Positions 13,789 through 28,803 of a DNA stretch of 64,000 nucleotides are shown one piece after another. The translations under genes and the position numbers were made by a program. The notes beneath the pieces were generated by a model. The model was not told where the DNA came from. It worked only from the letters and a program-made list of their open reading frames with translations, and did no database searches. The DNA comes from the human T2T-CHM13v2.0 reference genome, Homo sapiens: the NCBI RefSeq assembly GCF_009914755.1, contig NC_060947.1, one strand, 5' to 3'. Within the stretch, counting starts at the first letter, position 1. Each line of letters opens with the position of its first letter.

Positions 13789-14166
13789 TACTATTTAGTC
13801 TATAAAAACCAAGATGAAAGTGACTTACTGAACTGTCTCAAAGTATGTCTAGGCTATACACATCTGGCTATTAAAAGATAGGTTACAATTGTTGAAAATT
13901 TAATGTCACATATCATGTAGTTGAGGATATACACAGTTAATACATGATTTACAACAGAAATGGGATTTCTGAAAAGGCCTCAAAATACAATGAGTTAGAT
14001 AATATAAAATATATGTTACAGAATATCTTGAAACGCTTAGAGATCCATATTTGAGCTGACAAAGTGATGAAAATCCACACAGCTACAAAAGTTTAGAAAA
14101 TATAAATCTAGAAAGACAACACAGAGCTGAGCCTAGTAGTTCAGTTACTACTATTTACCTATTTCT

Positions 14167-14472
14167 TTCCTTTTGTTTTTTGAGATGGAGTCTCCCTCTG
14201 TTGCCCAGGCTGGAGTGAAGTGGGTTGATCTCGGCTTTCTGAAACCTCCGCCCGCCAGGTTCAAGCGATTCTCCTGCCTCAGCCTCCTGAGTAGCTGGGA
14301 TCATAGGCGCCGGCCACCAAGCCCAGCTAATTTTTTTTTTTTTTTTTTTTTAGTAGAGATGAGATTTCATCATGTTGGCCAGGGCTGATCTCGAAATCCT
14401 GACCTCAGGTGATCCACCCTCCTTGGCCTCCCAAAATGCTAGAATTACAGGATTGAGACACCGTGCCCAGCC
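14167..14472 (-). mobile_element. AluS with expanded middle A tract
   Basis: 16-bp TSD ctatttRcctatttct at 14151 and 14473. Confidence 0.97.
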
Positions 14473-14560
14473 CTATTTGCCTATTTCTGATAGTCTGCAT
14501 CCTTAGATGTTAATAGGCTGTATATACGGCAAAACAAAGATTGCCCAATATGGGAATTTG

Positions 14561-14735
14561 TTATTTATTTATTGGATATTGACAAGTTACAATTGTATAT
14601 ATTTATGGGGTGCAAAGTGATGCTACGATATATGTATACAGGGTGGAATTATTGAATCAAGCTAATTAACATATGTATCACTTCAAATACTTACCATTTT
14701 TTCTTTCTTTATAACGGAAACATTGTATCTTTGAT
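14561..14735 (-). mobile_element. L1MA 3' terminal fragment
   Basis: aattgtatatatttatggggtgcaa, atcaagctaattaacatat. Confidence 0.8.
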
Positions 14736-15109
14736 CAGGACCCATTCACAAAGCTCAGACCTCAGTGAAATGATATACTATCTCACAGAGGAAGAAATTT
14801 AGGAAGATTGCCTGTTTCAGCCTTGGCTTTTTGTATAGGTGGAAATAAATTCTCCACTGATAATTCACAACCACACAATGGCTCTCACACAGGCTTGAGG
14901 CTAACATTTGTTTTATCTGTGTGATATAAAAAAGAAATAAAAATGAGAACTCATTTGAATGTTGTCTGGGTTTTTAGGTACATGGCAGCAGGAAAAAAAT
15001 AATTATCACTATTATATAATGAGTGCTATGGTTATTTATGTTTTCATCTCTATACCCTACTAAAAGCCTTTACCAATAATGAATTCAGGGCAGGGTGAGG
15101 AAAGAATAA

Positions 15110-15290
15110 AGCCCTTGAGGTGAGACAAACCTGCATTCTATCACTTCAGCCAGGTATTGGAGCTGTGATATTTAGGCAGAAAACTGAAACTCTCAACCTC
15201 AGGTTCCCTTCAAAACATAAGGAGCGAGAACAATCCCTCCCTCACAGGATTTAAGTGAGGATCTGATGAATTCTAAATGCAAAGAATACA
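15110..15290 (+). mobile_element. MIR
   Basis: agacaaacctg, gctgtgatatttaggca, cctcaggttccc, ccctcacagga..gtgaggat. Confidence 0.65.
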
Positions 15291-15309
15291 GAGGAGTACT
15301 TGTTATCAG

Positions 15310-15760
<451 letters not shown>

Positions 15761-16164
15761 ATATATTAAATTTTTAAAAAGTCAAAAGCGTATAAAAACT
15801 GGTGAAGTACATAATTATCATGATAGTTATCGTGATTGTAAATGGCTGAGTTATGAAACATGTAAGGAATTATATTTTAAAATATATTTTAAATAATTTA
15901 TTACATTTTCTCGCAAATTTTCCTTTCATATGCATCTATCTGAAATTGTAAATTAGCAAAACAACTCTAACTCAGCTTTTACTATGAGGAACTTCAAACT
16001 ACTTTATCTCTGAGAAATGACATTACAAATGAAATTTGATGGGTATTGTGTTATGAAACTTTTTTCTTAAATTCTCATACAGTTAAATATTATATCCATC
16101 TAATATATTAAGGTATTATTGAGTAACAGAAAATAATGAAGTTTAGAATTTGAAGTTTCCTTTC

Positions 16165-16466
16165 CTTTTTTTTTTGTTTTGTTTTGAGATGAGTCTCACT
16201 CTATGGCCCTGGCTGGAGTGAAGTGGTGCGATCTTGGCTCACTGCAACCTCCGCCTCCTGGGTTCAAGGGATTCTCCTGCCTCAGCCTCCTTCCTAGCTA
16301 GGACTACAGGCGCAAGTCACCACACCCAGCCAATTTTTGTATTTTTAGTAGAGACAGGGTTTCACCATGTCGGCCAGGCTGGTCTTAAACTCCTGACCTG
16401 AAGTGATCTGCCCGCCTGGGCCTCCCAAAGTGCTAGGATTACAGGCGTGAGCCACCCCACCCGGCC
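16165..16466 (-). mobile_element. AluS
   Basis: Degenerate TSD tgaagtttcctt/tgaaattttctt. Confidence 0.96.
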
Positions 16467-17445
16467 TGAAATTTTCTTACAAAAATAAAATATATTTCAA
16501 ATACTAAACTTGATAGAAGGTTTTACTTTTTAAAATAAACTTAAAATACAGAATACAATACATAAACACTAAGAAATTCAATGTTTTCTTGCAAACAGAA
16601 CATGAGAAAAACTAAGATGTATTTTGAAAAGGCAACTTTTACTTATATGTTACTAAGATTGGATCTTGTTTTAACTGCTAATTCCTCCTGACACAGGTGA
16701 CTGTTAAATAAATTATAAAAATTATTCATTATTTGCGTGGGAGTGGGACAGGGAAAAACATCACTCAATAATAAAATAATTTTTGGCTCTCAAGGGTTCA
16801 GAGTATGCGGAGGTTTATGCTTTGCAAGATTTTATTTTATTCTATCTGAAATAAGACATTTGAATAGAAAATTGATAATCATAAATTTATTGGCTGGACC
16901 ACTGGATAAGTTTGACAACTTTTGATCAAAACTAATTAAAATGAAAACCAGTGATGCACATATTGTGGAACGACTTTCCCTAGATGAATAAGGAGCTACT
17001 TAAAAACACAGTTCATTAATTACTGCTGATCCCGTTGCGTACTGAAAGAAAAAATGTATGATGTGTCTGTTACTCTCTTCCTTTGCTAGGAAGCTCATGA
17101 GCTGCCCACCTGTTTACTAGAAGAATATAATTAATATGAAAGAAAGTGTTTCATTTTAGATGCACAGAAAGCAAATCATATATTTAAAATGTAACCTTCA
17201 CATATGTAGGTTCCTTCATATACAATGCACATATGTATAAAATATATAAGGGGATTACATATTTCTACATATATTATATAGGAAGGAATAAAATTCCTGA
17301 AAAAAAATAAGCTTGACCTAAAAGAAACAAGAAAAGTTAAGGACTCCACAAAGAAGTACCATCTACGCTGTATTCAGGTTATTGGTAACTTCATTAACTG
17401 TATATTTCATAAAAACTTTACGGACTAAGTAGATTAGAGGTTTAG

Positions 17446-17846
<401 letters not shown>

Positions 17847-18892
17847 TCTTTAGGCATTATTAATAGGAAAAAAAATACAACATAGGTCCAGCAATTGCTG
17901 TTTATATGCTACAACAAAATATAATGCGTTTGTAATATAAAGATGTCCTATGTAAGCTTTGCATGTGAGGATTAAGTATTTTAAAACTAAACATTCAGAC
18001 TAGAAAAGTAAAATCCAAGAGTTTCTCAAGAGTTGTTGAAGTAATCTGATAAAACTCACTAAAATATAATAACACTTGCTGAATCTGAAGCACAAGCAGG
18101 TCAAGTAATTTATGTTTGACTACAGGCTATATTGGGAAGAAATATATGCTAATTTTTAGTCGAGCATTGTTTGCTTTCATGCACTTATGTGTGAGAATGG
18201 CCTTCACAAAGCTTCATGTGGAAGTTAATAGCGAGATGAAAAGGAAATTCTGCCCCCCAAAAACTCTAGTAAGAATAGTGATTACACTGAGATTGAAATC
18301 ATTTTTCCATTTATTTTATAGAAACTTATAATTAAGCTACATTCTGACTACATATATTCATATATTTATCTAGACTACCACATTCTTATTACGAAATCAA
18401 ATTATAGAAACTTCTGTGAATTGCGATGAATTATAAACATCCCCAATTATCATAACTGCTGTACATAAGTAACTCTAATTTTAAACTAAGAAAAATTCAA
18501 ATCAGTATGAGTAACCAGTAGAGTAACAATTAAGGAAATTCTTTGCTCAAAACATAGAGCCAAAAGTCATTTTATCAATAGAGTGATTTCTAGATGGAAT
18601 TGCACTAGGATAATTAAGAGTACATGCAATTGTGCAAATGCGTTCTATGGGGTCTTAGCATGATCAAAGCTACTGTCAAACTGTTACACAAATCCTGTCT
18701 AAGTATCTCACATTATTCTCTGTATAAGGTGATTCCATCCTCGAGTAACCAAGGAACAGTAGTATCTCACTGATAAATAAAACTCCATGCAGATACATGT
18801 TACTATTAAAATGCCTTATCAGGTTTCTGGCTTCTGGAGTGGCATATAGACAGCTAGAAGGAGCATGACATAATCCCTTAAAACAAAAAGTA

Positions 18893-19302
<410 letters not shown>

Positions 19303-19405
19303 CTAATGAAGGAGAGTGCCTGTTGGGAAGGAGAAATGGTGAACAAATATACACTTCCATAGATGCTACAGGACACATATAAGAAGACTCAGATAGAATG
19401 GCTGG

Positions 19406-21666
19406 TGTAGTGAAATGAATGGTGGACTCCCCACCAAATATGCCTACATGCTAACTCCTAGAACGTGTGAATATGAATTTACTTGGAGAAAGAATTTTTG
19501 CCGATGTTTTTAAGTATCACGAGATGCTGTCAACTTGCATTATCATGGTGGGCTCTTAATCCAATGGCAGGTGTCATTATAAGAGACACCTAGACAAACA
19601 CAGAAAAAAAGCAGAAGGACATGTGAAGAAGGAAGCAGAGATTGGAGTTACATGCTTACAGGCTAAGGAATGCCTAGAGCCATCAGAAGCTGAAAGAGGA
19701 AATGAAGAATTTTCCCTACAGGCTTTGCAGGGAGCATGGCCCTGTCAATAACTTGATTTTAGACTCCAAAACTGTAAGAGAACAAATTTGATACTTTTAG
19801 CCACCTAGTTTGTGATAATTTATTACAGCAGGCTTAGAAACCTAATACAGATTTTGGCACTTGAAGTCAGATGCTGCTATAACATATCTAAAAATGCTGA
19901 AGTGGCTTGAAAATTGGATAATGTGCAGAGGGTGGAAGAATTTTGAGAGGTATAAAAAAATCCTGGATTGCCTTAATGAGACTATTGGTAGAAATATAAA
20001 CTTGAAAGGCACTGCTGGGGAAGGCCCATGAGAGAAAGAGGAGCACGGTAGAGAAAGCTCATGGAGGATACATATATAATCATAAACAAAAAATAGGTAG
20101 AAATAGGAATGCTAAAGATGCTTCTAGTGAGAGTTTATAAGGAAATGAGGAAGATGTTATTAGAAATTGTAGGAAAGTCACTCTTTATTATAAAGAGGCA
20201 GAAAAATTACCTGGATTGTTTACTTCTGTTAAATGGAATGCAGTACTTGTAAGCAATGACCACGGATATTTAGCTGAGGAGATTTCAGGCATAGTCTTGA
20301 AGATGCAGCATGCTTTCTCCTTGGTGCTTCTAGCAAAATGTGGGAAGAAAGAGATAAATTGAAGAAAAAACTATTACGCTACAAGGAACATAAACTTGAT
20401 AATTTAAAAGATTATCGGCTTATCAGAATTGCAAATGATGCTAAGATTATAAAATTCACTTTTGGGAAAGCATGCTCCAGAGAGAAAACCAAAACTAATG
20501 CTGAATAGATCAGATTTGTTAATCGTAGATTCATTCAACCATCTTAGAAGAAGCTAATAATAGAGATGAAGCTATCCAGGAAAGTCGTGTGGAAAACCCT
20601 TTTGTCTACTGGCAAGGAACCGCATGACATAAATCAGAAGATGCACAGGTTTTTAAGAATGTTGTATCCGCAGAAGCATTGTCAACTTGAATTTAATGGG
20701 ACAGAGATAGGGCAAAATGAGAGACAGCTGGAGGCATGGACACAAAGGCAGAATTAGATTGTGCCACTGTGGGTGCAGAGGCAGAGGCTGATAGAATTGG
20801 CATGGGAGTAGATTTAAAAAATGGCAGAAGCCAAAAGAACCACAGCACGCCATTCAGAGATGTGGAGCCATTGATTTCACTGTGAACTGAAATGACAGAG
20901 CATCCACTCACAAAAGATTATTCTCAGACCTTGAAACTAATAAAATTTGTCCTGCTGAATATAAAATTTGATTGGGACAATTGGCCTCTTTGTTTCTTCC
21001 ATTTTCTTCCTTTTGGAATGTGAATGTGTATTCTCTGCCTGTCCCACCATTGTTTTGGGGAAAGATATAACTTGTATTTTAGTTTCCACCAAAGGAGAAA
21101 AAATTTGCCCCAGGATGGATCATATGGAGAGCTTCATCCATACCTGATTTAGATGATTTACACGATAAGATTTGGGACTTTTAAACTGATTTTATTTAGA
21201 TGAGATTTTAGATTTAAAGTTGATGTCCTAATAGATTAAGATGTTAGAGAATTTGGAATATGGTGAATGTATTTTGCATGTGGGAGGGACATAAAATTTG
21301 GAGGCCAGAGAGCAGATTGTAGTAGGTTGAATTGTGAACCCAGTAAGATATGTCTATATCTCAACCATACGAACCTGTAAATGTGACTTTATTTGGGAAA
21401 AAGGTCTTTGCAAATGTAATTGAGTTAAGGACACAGGGAGATCAGGGAGACAGAGGAAAAAGCTATATGAAGAAAAAAAGCATAGACTGGCGTAATGCAG
21501 TTGCAAACAAAGAAATACCTGGACTCACCAGCATCTTGAAGAGGCAAGGGAGGATTCTCCCCGAGAGCCTTTGTAAGGAGCATGGCAGTACGAAAACTAG
21601 ATATTTTTACTTCTGGCCTACCTCCAGCACTGTACCACCTTGTAGCAGGCCTAGGAAACTAGTACA
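19406..21666 (+). mobile_element. Complete MLT1C-like MaLR: 5' LTR 19406-19849, internal 19850-21317, 3' LTR 21318-21666
   Basis: Both LTRs begin tgtagt and end taataca/tagtaca; internal begins gattttggcac and ends in a purine-rich tract; degenerate TSD gctgg/gttga. Confidence 0.85.
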
Positions 21667-21728
21667 GTTGATAAACTGTCAAAGGTTAGCTAGTGCTTGC
21701 TGGTGGGACAGTGTGAAAATTCTGGAGG

Positions 21729-22150
21729 TATGATAGTTAATTTTATATCTATATGGCTAGGCCATAATACCAAGATATTTAGTCAAACATTGGTCTGCAT
21801 GTTGCTGTGAAGATATTTTGTAGAAAAAAATTAACATTTAAATCAGCAAACTTTTAAGCAGATCACCTTTTGCAGTGTAAGTGAGCCACATCTTATCACT
21901 TGAAGGCCTTAGGAAAAAAAAAAAAAAGACCGACTCTTCTAAGAAAGAGAAAATTCTGTCTGTAGATCGCTTTCAGATTTTAACTTAAATGTCAACTCCT
22001 TCCTTGGTCTCCAGATTGCTGGCTTACACTGCCAATTTTGGGCTTGCCAGACTCCACAACTGCATGAGCCATTTCCTTAAAATGAATCTCTCTATATTCA
22101 CATACATGCCCTATCATTTCTGTTTTTCTGGAGAAAACTGTGTGATAAAG
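21729..22150 (+). mobile_element. MLT2 (ERVL) solo LTR
   Basis: tgatagttaattttatat, ttaacatttaaatcag, ccacaactgcatgagccatttccttaaaat, ttctgtttttctggagaa. Confidence 0.85.
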
Positions 22151-22537
22151 GTGGTCATGTACACTTTGGGGAGCATGCATCATTTTCAATGCTCTTTTTC
22201 TTTTAACTAACCTACCAAGTCTTCACAGAAACCACTAGAAAGATTCCTAGGAAATATCCATTGTTGTGGAAATCTGTGAAAGAACAGAAAAGATACCAAG
22301 AAACTCTGGAAGGTTCCTTCCTCTCTATCAGTAGTATGGAAAAATAAATTCTTATTCTGTGGGGAACAGGGCAACACTGCTGGTCTTAGTGCATTTGAAA
22401 ACATTCATTGCCACTAGAAGGAAATATCCTAGGGCATTGGGGAAGACACTAGTTCTTGGGAAAAGAAAGAATTACACTGCAAGGTTCCAGGGTCACAACT
22501 GCAATCACAGAGGAGCAGGGGAACCAAAAAGGTTACT

Positions 22538-23006
22538 ACATTAGTTCTCCATGGATACTGTAACAAATCACCACAAACTTTGTGACCTAAAATAATATAC
22601 TGTGACTTAAAATAATATATATTCCTTGTTTTGTCATGCTTTTAAAGCCCAGGAAAGGCCTAGGCAATACTCTTGGTGGGCTTTTGTTACATCCCAGCCT
22701 TTGTATAAGGGCACTGGCTTTTAATATTTAACTTAACCACTCAGCCAGCACTGAAACAGTTGTTATGGAGGCCTACGATAGTGAGACCTGGCCTGCCACA
22801 GTCACATTGCTTTCTCTTCTCTGCGTCAAATTTTCCTCTGCTTCTGTCTTATCAGAATGATATGATTAAAGGCCCATCAGGATAATTAAAAATAATTTCT
22901 CCATCTCAAGGTCTTAACTAATGGCATCTGCAAAGGTCCTTTTCCACATACCATGTCCCAGCGACTAGGACCTGCTATTGATGGAGCCATTATTGGCCTA
23001 CTTACA
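22538..23006 (-). mobile_element. MLT1B-like LTR, split by a nested LTR piece
   Basis: ctgtaacaaatcaccacaaact ... catctcaaggtcttaactaa..catctgcaaag. Confidence 0.7.
22624..22800 (-). mobile_element. 5' part of an ERV1-class LTR (family uncertain, MER84-like)
   Basis: Reverse begins tgtggcaggccaggtctcacta...ccataacaactgtttcagtgctg. Confidence 0.65.
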
Positions 23007-23165
23007 GCCACTCTTGAAAGTCAAGGACACAATTATATCTAAGACTAAACTACAATAAAAACAAAAGATGTTATACCCACATATAATCTACAAAATCCTA
23101 GGAGAAATAAAGACATGCTCATTTTCAGACATTATTTACTCAAATGGGACAAAGATATTAGAACT

Positions 23166-23448
23166 GGCTGGATGCAGTGGCTCACGCCTGTAATCCCAGC
23201 ACTTTGGGAGGCCGAGGTGCGTGGATCACGAGGTCAGGAGATTGAGACCATCCTGGCTAACACGGTGAAAACCCGTCTCTACTAAAAATACAAAAAATTA
23301 GCCAGGCATGGTGTCAGGCTCCTGTAGTCCCATCTACTCGGGAGGCTGAGGCAAGGGAATGGTGTGAACCCGGGAGGCGGAGCTTGCAGTGGGCAGAGAC
23401 CGTGCGCCACTGCACTCCAGCCTGGGTGACAGAGCGAGACTCCGTCTC

Positions 23449-23474
<26 letters not shown>
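23166..23474 (+). mobile_element. AluY-like
   Basis: Perfect 15-bp TSD aaagatattagaact; long pure A tail. Confidence 0.98.
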
Positions 23475-23479
<5 letters not shown>

Positions 23480-23489
23480 TATTAGAACT

Positions 23490-24990
<1,501 letters not shown>

Positions 24991-25198
24991 CTTTTTAAAA
25001 TATACTTTTGTTTCTGTTGACCATTTCCCTACTTCACTTATCCATTTGTGAAAAATGTTATGTAGATTTATTACTTGAAGACAAGAAAACAATATGACTA
25101 CAAATGTTATTATCTATACAATACATAATAGACAAGCAATGATCAACCACCCACAAACTCTGAAGAAAATTATGTGATTGGCTCCTGATGCTGATGCA

Positions 25199-25741
25199 TG
25201 TGGTAGGTAGAAATTGGCCAAGATACCTATATCCTAATCACTGAAACCTATGAATGTTATCTTATATGGCAAAGGAACTTGGCAAATGTGATTAAGATTA
25301 AAATCCTTGGAATGAAGAGATTATCCTGGATTATCCCAATGGACCCAATCTAGTCACATACACCCTTAAACCAAAAATAGACAAAACAAACAAGCAAACA
25401 AAAAAACAAGAAACCAAAAAATTCATGACTGAAAGCAGAAGAGGCATGTGATAGAATGAGAGGTCAGCAGAGAAAAATCAAAGCATGAGAAGGACTCCAC
25501 CAATTATTGATGACTTTGGAGGCAGAGGAAAAGGATCACAAACCAAAGACTTTGTGAGTCCTTTGGAAATTGAGACTGACTTTCAGCCAATAGCCGGCAA
25601 GGAAATCACAGTCCTACAACAGCATGGAGCTTTGCAATAATCTAAATAACTTCGGAAGGAGACTCTTCCCCATGGCTTCCAGAAAGGGGCTGTGTTCCCA
25701 GTCTATGGTATTTTGTATGATAGTCCTAGCAGACTAATACA
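25199..25741 (+). mobile_element. MLT1E-like LTR
   Basis: tgtggtaggtagaa...gagattatcctggattatcc...gcagactaataca. Confidence 0.8.
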
Positions 25742-25989
25742 CATGGTAACTAAAAGTCATGTATATAAAAGCAATACAAAAGAGGGCTGCCTGTACTTGA
25801 AGTTTTGGTACTGTAGTTTCTTTTAATTTTTTATTTTTTTATTATATTTTTATTTTTTGTCCTTCAAATGGAGACAATAAGTGTCTTTCTTAGAAGAGCT
25901 CCGGATATAAAATAAGCATCAGATAAGCATTATTTATTACTGTTGCTGTTGTGTACAGTGATCACTAATGCTAAAACTCCTCATCCTAC

Positions 25990-26280
25990 CTCTTTTTTCC
26001 TCCTATTTTAACTTGGATGCAATTTACTTCATTTTCTTGACTAATTGTTCTGACTAAAAATGCCAATACTATGTTGGATACATGTGGTAGAAGCAGGTAG
26101 CCTTATATTTTCCTTGATCTTAGAGGAAAAACATTTGGTCTTTTATCATTGAATAAAACGCTGGTTGTAGGTTTTTCATAAGTGGACTTCATTATATTGA
26201 GGTAGCTGCTTTCTGTTCCTAGTTTAAGTGCTTTTTAAATTATAAAGCATTGTTGATTTTTTCAAATATTTTTCTGCATA
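25990..26280 (-). mobile_element. Old L1 ORF2 (RT) fragment
   Basis: ccaatactatgttg, ccttgatcttagaggaaaa, tcaaatatttttctgcat. Confidence 0.85.
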
Positions 26281-27520
26281 ATTTTACAAAACTTAACATT
26301 CTTTCATGATGATAACTCGAACCAAATTAAGAATAGAAGGAATGTACATCAACACAACAATGGCTGTATATGAGAATCTCATAGCTAATATTATATTCAA
26401 TGGTGAAAAATTGAAAGCTTTTTCTCTAAAATCTGGAAAAAATGCAAGGATGTCCACTCTCAGCATTTTTATTCAATATTATATTGGAAGTCCTTGCCAG
26501 AGCAATTTAGGCAAGAGAAATAAATAAAAGCCATCCAAATAGGAAAGAGACAAGAGAAATTGTCCTGTTTGATGAAAACGTGATCTTATATACAGAAAAC
26601 CCTACAGATTCCATAAAAAACAATTAGAACTCATAAATAAATACAGTATATTTGCAAGAAAAAAATCAACATACAGAAATTAGTAGCATTTCTATGCACT
26701 AACGATGAACTATTCAAAAAAAAATCAAGCACAATTTCATTTACAATAGCTACAAAAATAAATAAAATACATAGAAATAAATTTAACCAAGGAGATAAAA
26801 GACCTGTGTGATGAAAACTATAGAATGTTCATGGAAGATATTGAAGAAGATGCAAATAACTGGAAAGATATTAGAACTTCATGGATTGAAAGAATTAGCA
26901 TTGTTACCATGTCCCTACTATGCAGAGCAATCTACAAATTCAATGCAATCTCTATTAAAATTCCTGTGTCAAATTTCAGGGAAATAGAAAAAATTTCTAA
27001 AATTTATAAGGAACCACAAAAATTCTGAAAAGGCAATATGGATCAAAAAGTACAAAACTGAAGACAGCAATCTACCTGATTTCAAACTATACTACAAAGC
27101 TATAGTAATTAAAAGAGCATGGTACTGGAGAAAACTAGACACATCAACCAACCAATGGACTAGAATAGAGAGCTGAGAAATGAACCTGTGCATATATAGC
27201 CAGTTGTTTTTCCACAAAGGGACTGAGAATACACAATGGGAAAAGGATAGTCTCTTTAATATATGGTGTTGAGGAAACTGGATATCTACATTCAGAATAA
27301 TAAAATTGGACCCTTTTCTCACATCATATACAAGAACTCAACTCAAAATAGATTAAAGACTTAAACATAAAATCAGAAACTATAAAAGCACTAGAAGAAA
27401 ACAGGGGAAAAACTACACAACATTGGTTTGTGTAATGATTTTTTGGATTTTACCTCAAAAGTTCAGGTAACAAAAGCAAGAATATATACATGAGATTACA
27501 ACAAACTAAAAATCTTCTTG

Positions 27521-27638
27521 ACTGTAAAGAAAACAATTAGCAGTGTAAATAGGTTGGCAGAAAATATTTACAAGCCATACTGCAAAGAAAACAATTAGCA
27601 GTGTAAATAGATTGGCAGAAAATATTTACAAGCCATAC
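27521..27638. repeat. 58-bp tandem duplication inside L1
   Basis: actgYaaagaaaacaattagcagtgtaaatagRttggcagaaaatatttacaagccat x2, 2 mismatches. Confidence 0.95.
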
Positions 27639-27752
27639 ATCTGATAAGGGTGGTTAATATACAAAATGCATAAAGAATTAAAACAACTCAACAACAAAAA
27701 ATTCAAATAACCCATTTAAAAAAATGAGCAAGGGCTCTGAATAGACATTTCT

Positions 27753-28200
27753 CTTTTTTAAATTTTATTTTTTATTGATACACAATAGATGTACATAGCT
27801 TTGGGGTATATGTAATAATTTATTACATTTGTATAATTTGTAAATATCAAATAAGTGTTGGGATATTCATAACTTTAAATATTTGTCTTTTATTTATGTT
27901 AGAAACATTTAAATTCTTCTAATTATTTTGAACTATACATACGACCCTACTCATCTATCAAACACTAGGTCTTATTTTTTTATATCAAACCATACATTTA
28001 TACCCATTAATCGACCTCTCTTTACCTTCCCAGCCTTCCTGGCCTCTGGTAATCACCAACCTACTCTCTATCTTCATGAGATTCACATTTTTAGCTCACA
28101 TATATGGATGAGGACAAAAAATATTTGCTTTTTTTGTGCTTGGCTTATTTCACCTAACATAATGACCTCCAGTTCCATCCATATTGCTGCAAATGACAGA
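27753..28200 (-). mobile_element. L1MA2/3-like 3' end inserted antisense in the L1MA4
   Basis: ttttattgatacacaatagatgtacat, cttggcttatttcacctaacataatgacctccagttccatcca. Confidence 0.85.
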
Positions 28201-28385
28201 AAGTTTTATATGGCCCATAGGTATGTGAGAATGCTCAACATTGCTAATAGTTTGAGAATATAAATTAAAGCCACAATGAGGTATCATCTCACCCCTGTCC
28301 AAATTGCTAGGATCAAAAAGGTGAAAGATAAGAGTTGGCAAGCATGGGGAGAAAAGGAAACACTTGTGCACTGTTGGTATGAATG

Positions 28386-28803
28386 AGTCTTAGTCCATTT
28401 TGTGTTGCTATAAAGAAATACTTGAGACCATAAAATACATTTAAAAAGGTTTATTTGGCTTGTGCTTCTGATGATTGGAAAACTTCAAGATTGGGCATCC
28501 GTACCTGGTAAGAACCTCAGGTTTCCTCCACCCATGGCAAAAAGTGAAGGGGATTTGGCTTGTACAGACATGACATGATGAGAGGAAACAAGAGAGAAAG
28601 TAAGGAGGTGTCAAGCTCTTCTTAACAACCGGTTCTGGTAGGAATTAACTGAATGAGAACTCAATTACCCCCAAGGGAGTCCATTAACCTATTCATAAAG
28701 AATCCATCTCCAGGAGCCAAACACCTGCCATTAGGCTACCTTCAATATTGGAGATTCAATTTCAACATAAGATTTTGAGGGAACAAACATCCAAACCATA
28801 GCA
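28386..28803 (-). mobile_element. MSTC-like MaLR solo LTR
   Basis: gtcttagtccattttgtgttgctataaa...catccaaaccatagca; perfect TSD gaatg. Confidence 0.9.

Noticed and set aside
21350-21733. 127-aa ORF; also the 130-aa ORF at 39652-40044
   Set aside because: They lie within MLT1C and MSTA LTRs; chance open frames.
25000-25198. Possible Tigger-type DNA transposon fragment
   Set aside because: Only vague motif similarity and no terminal inverted repeats seen; cannot support a call.
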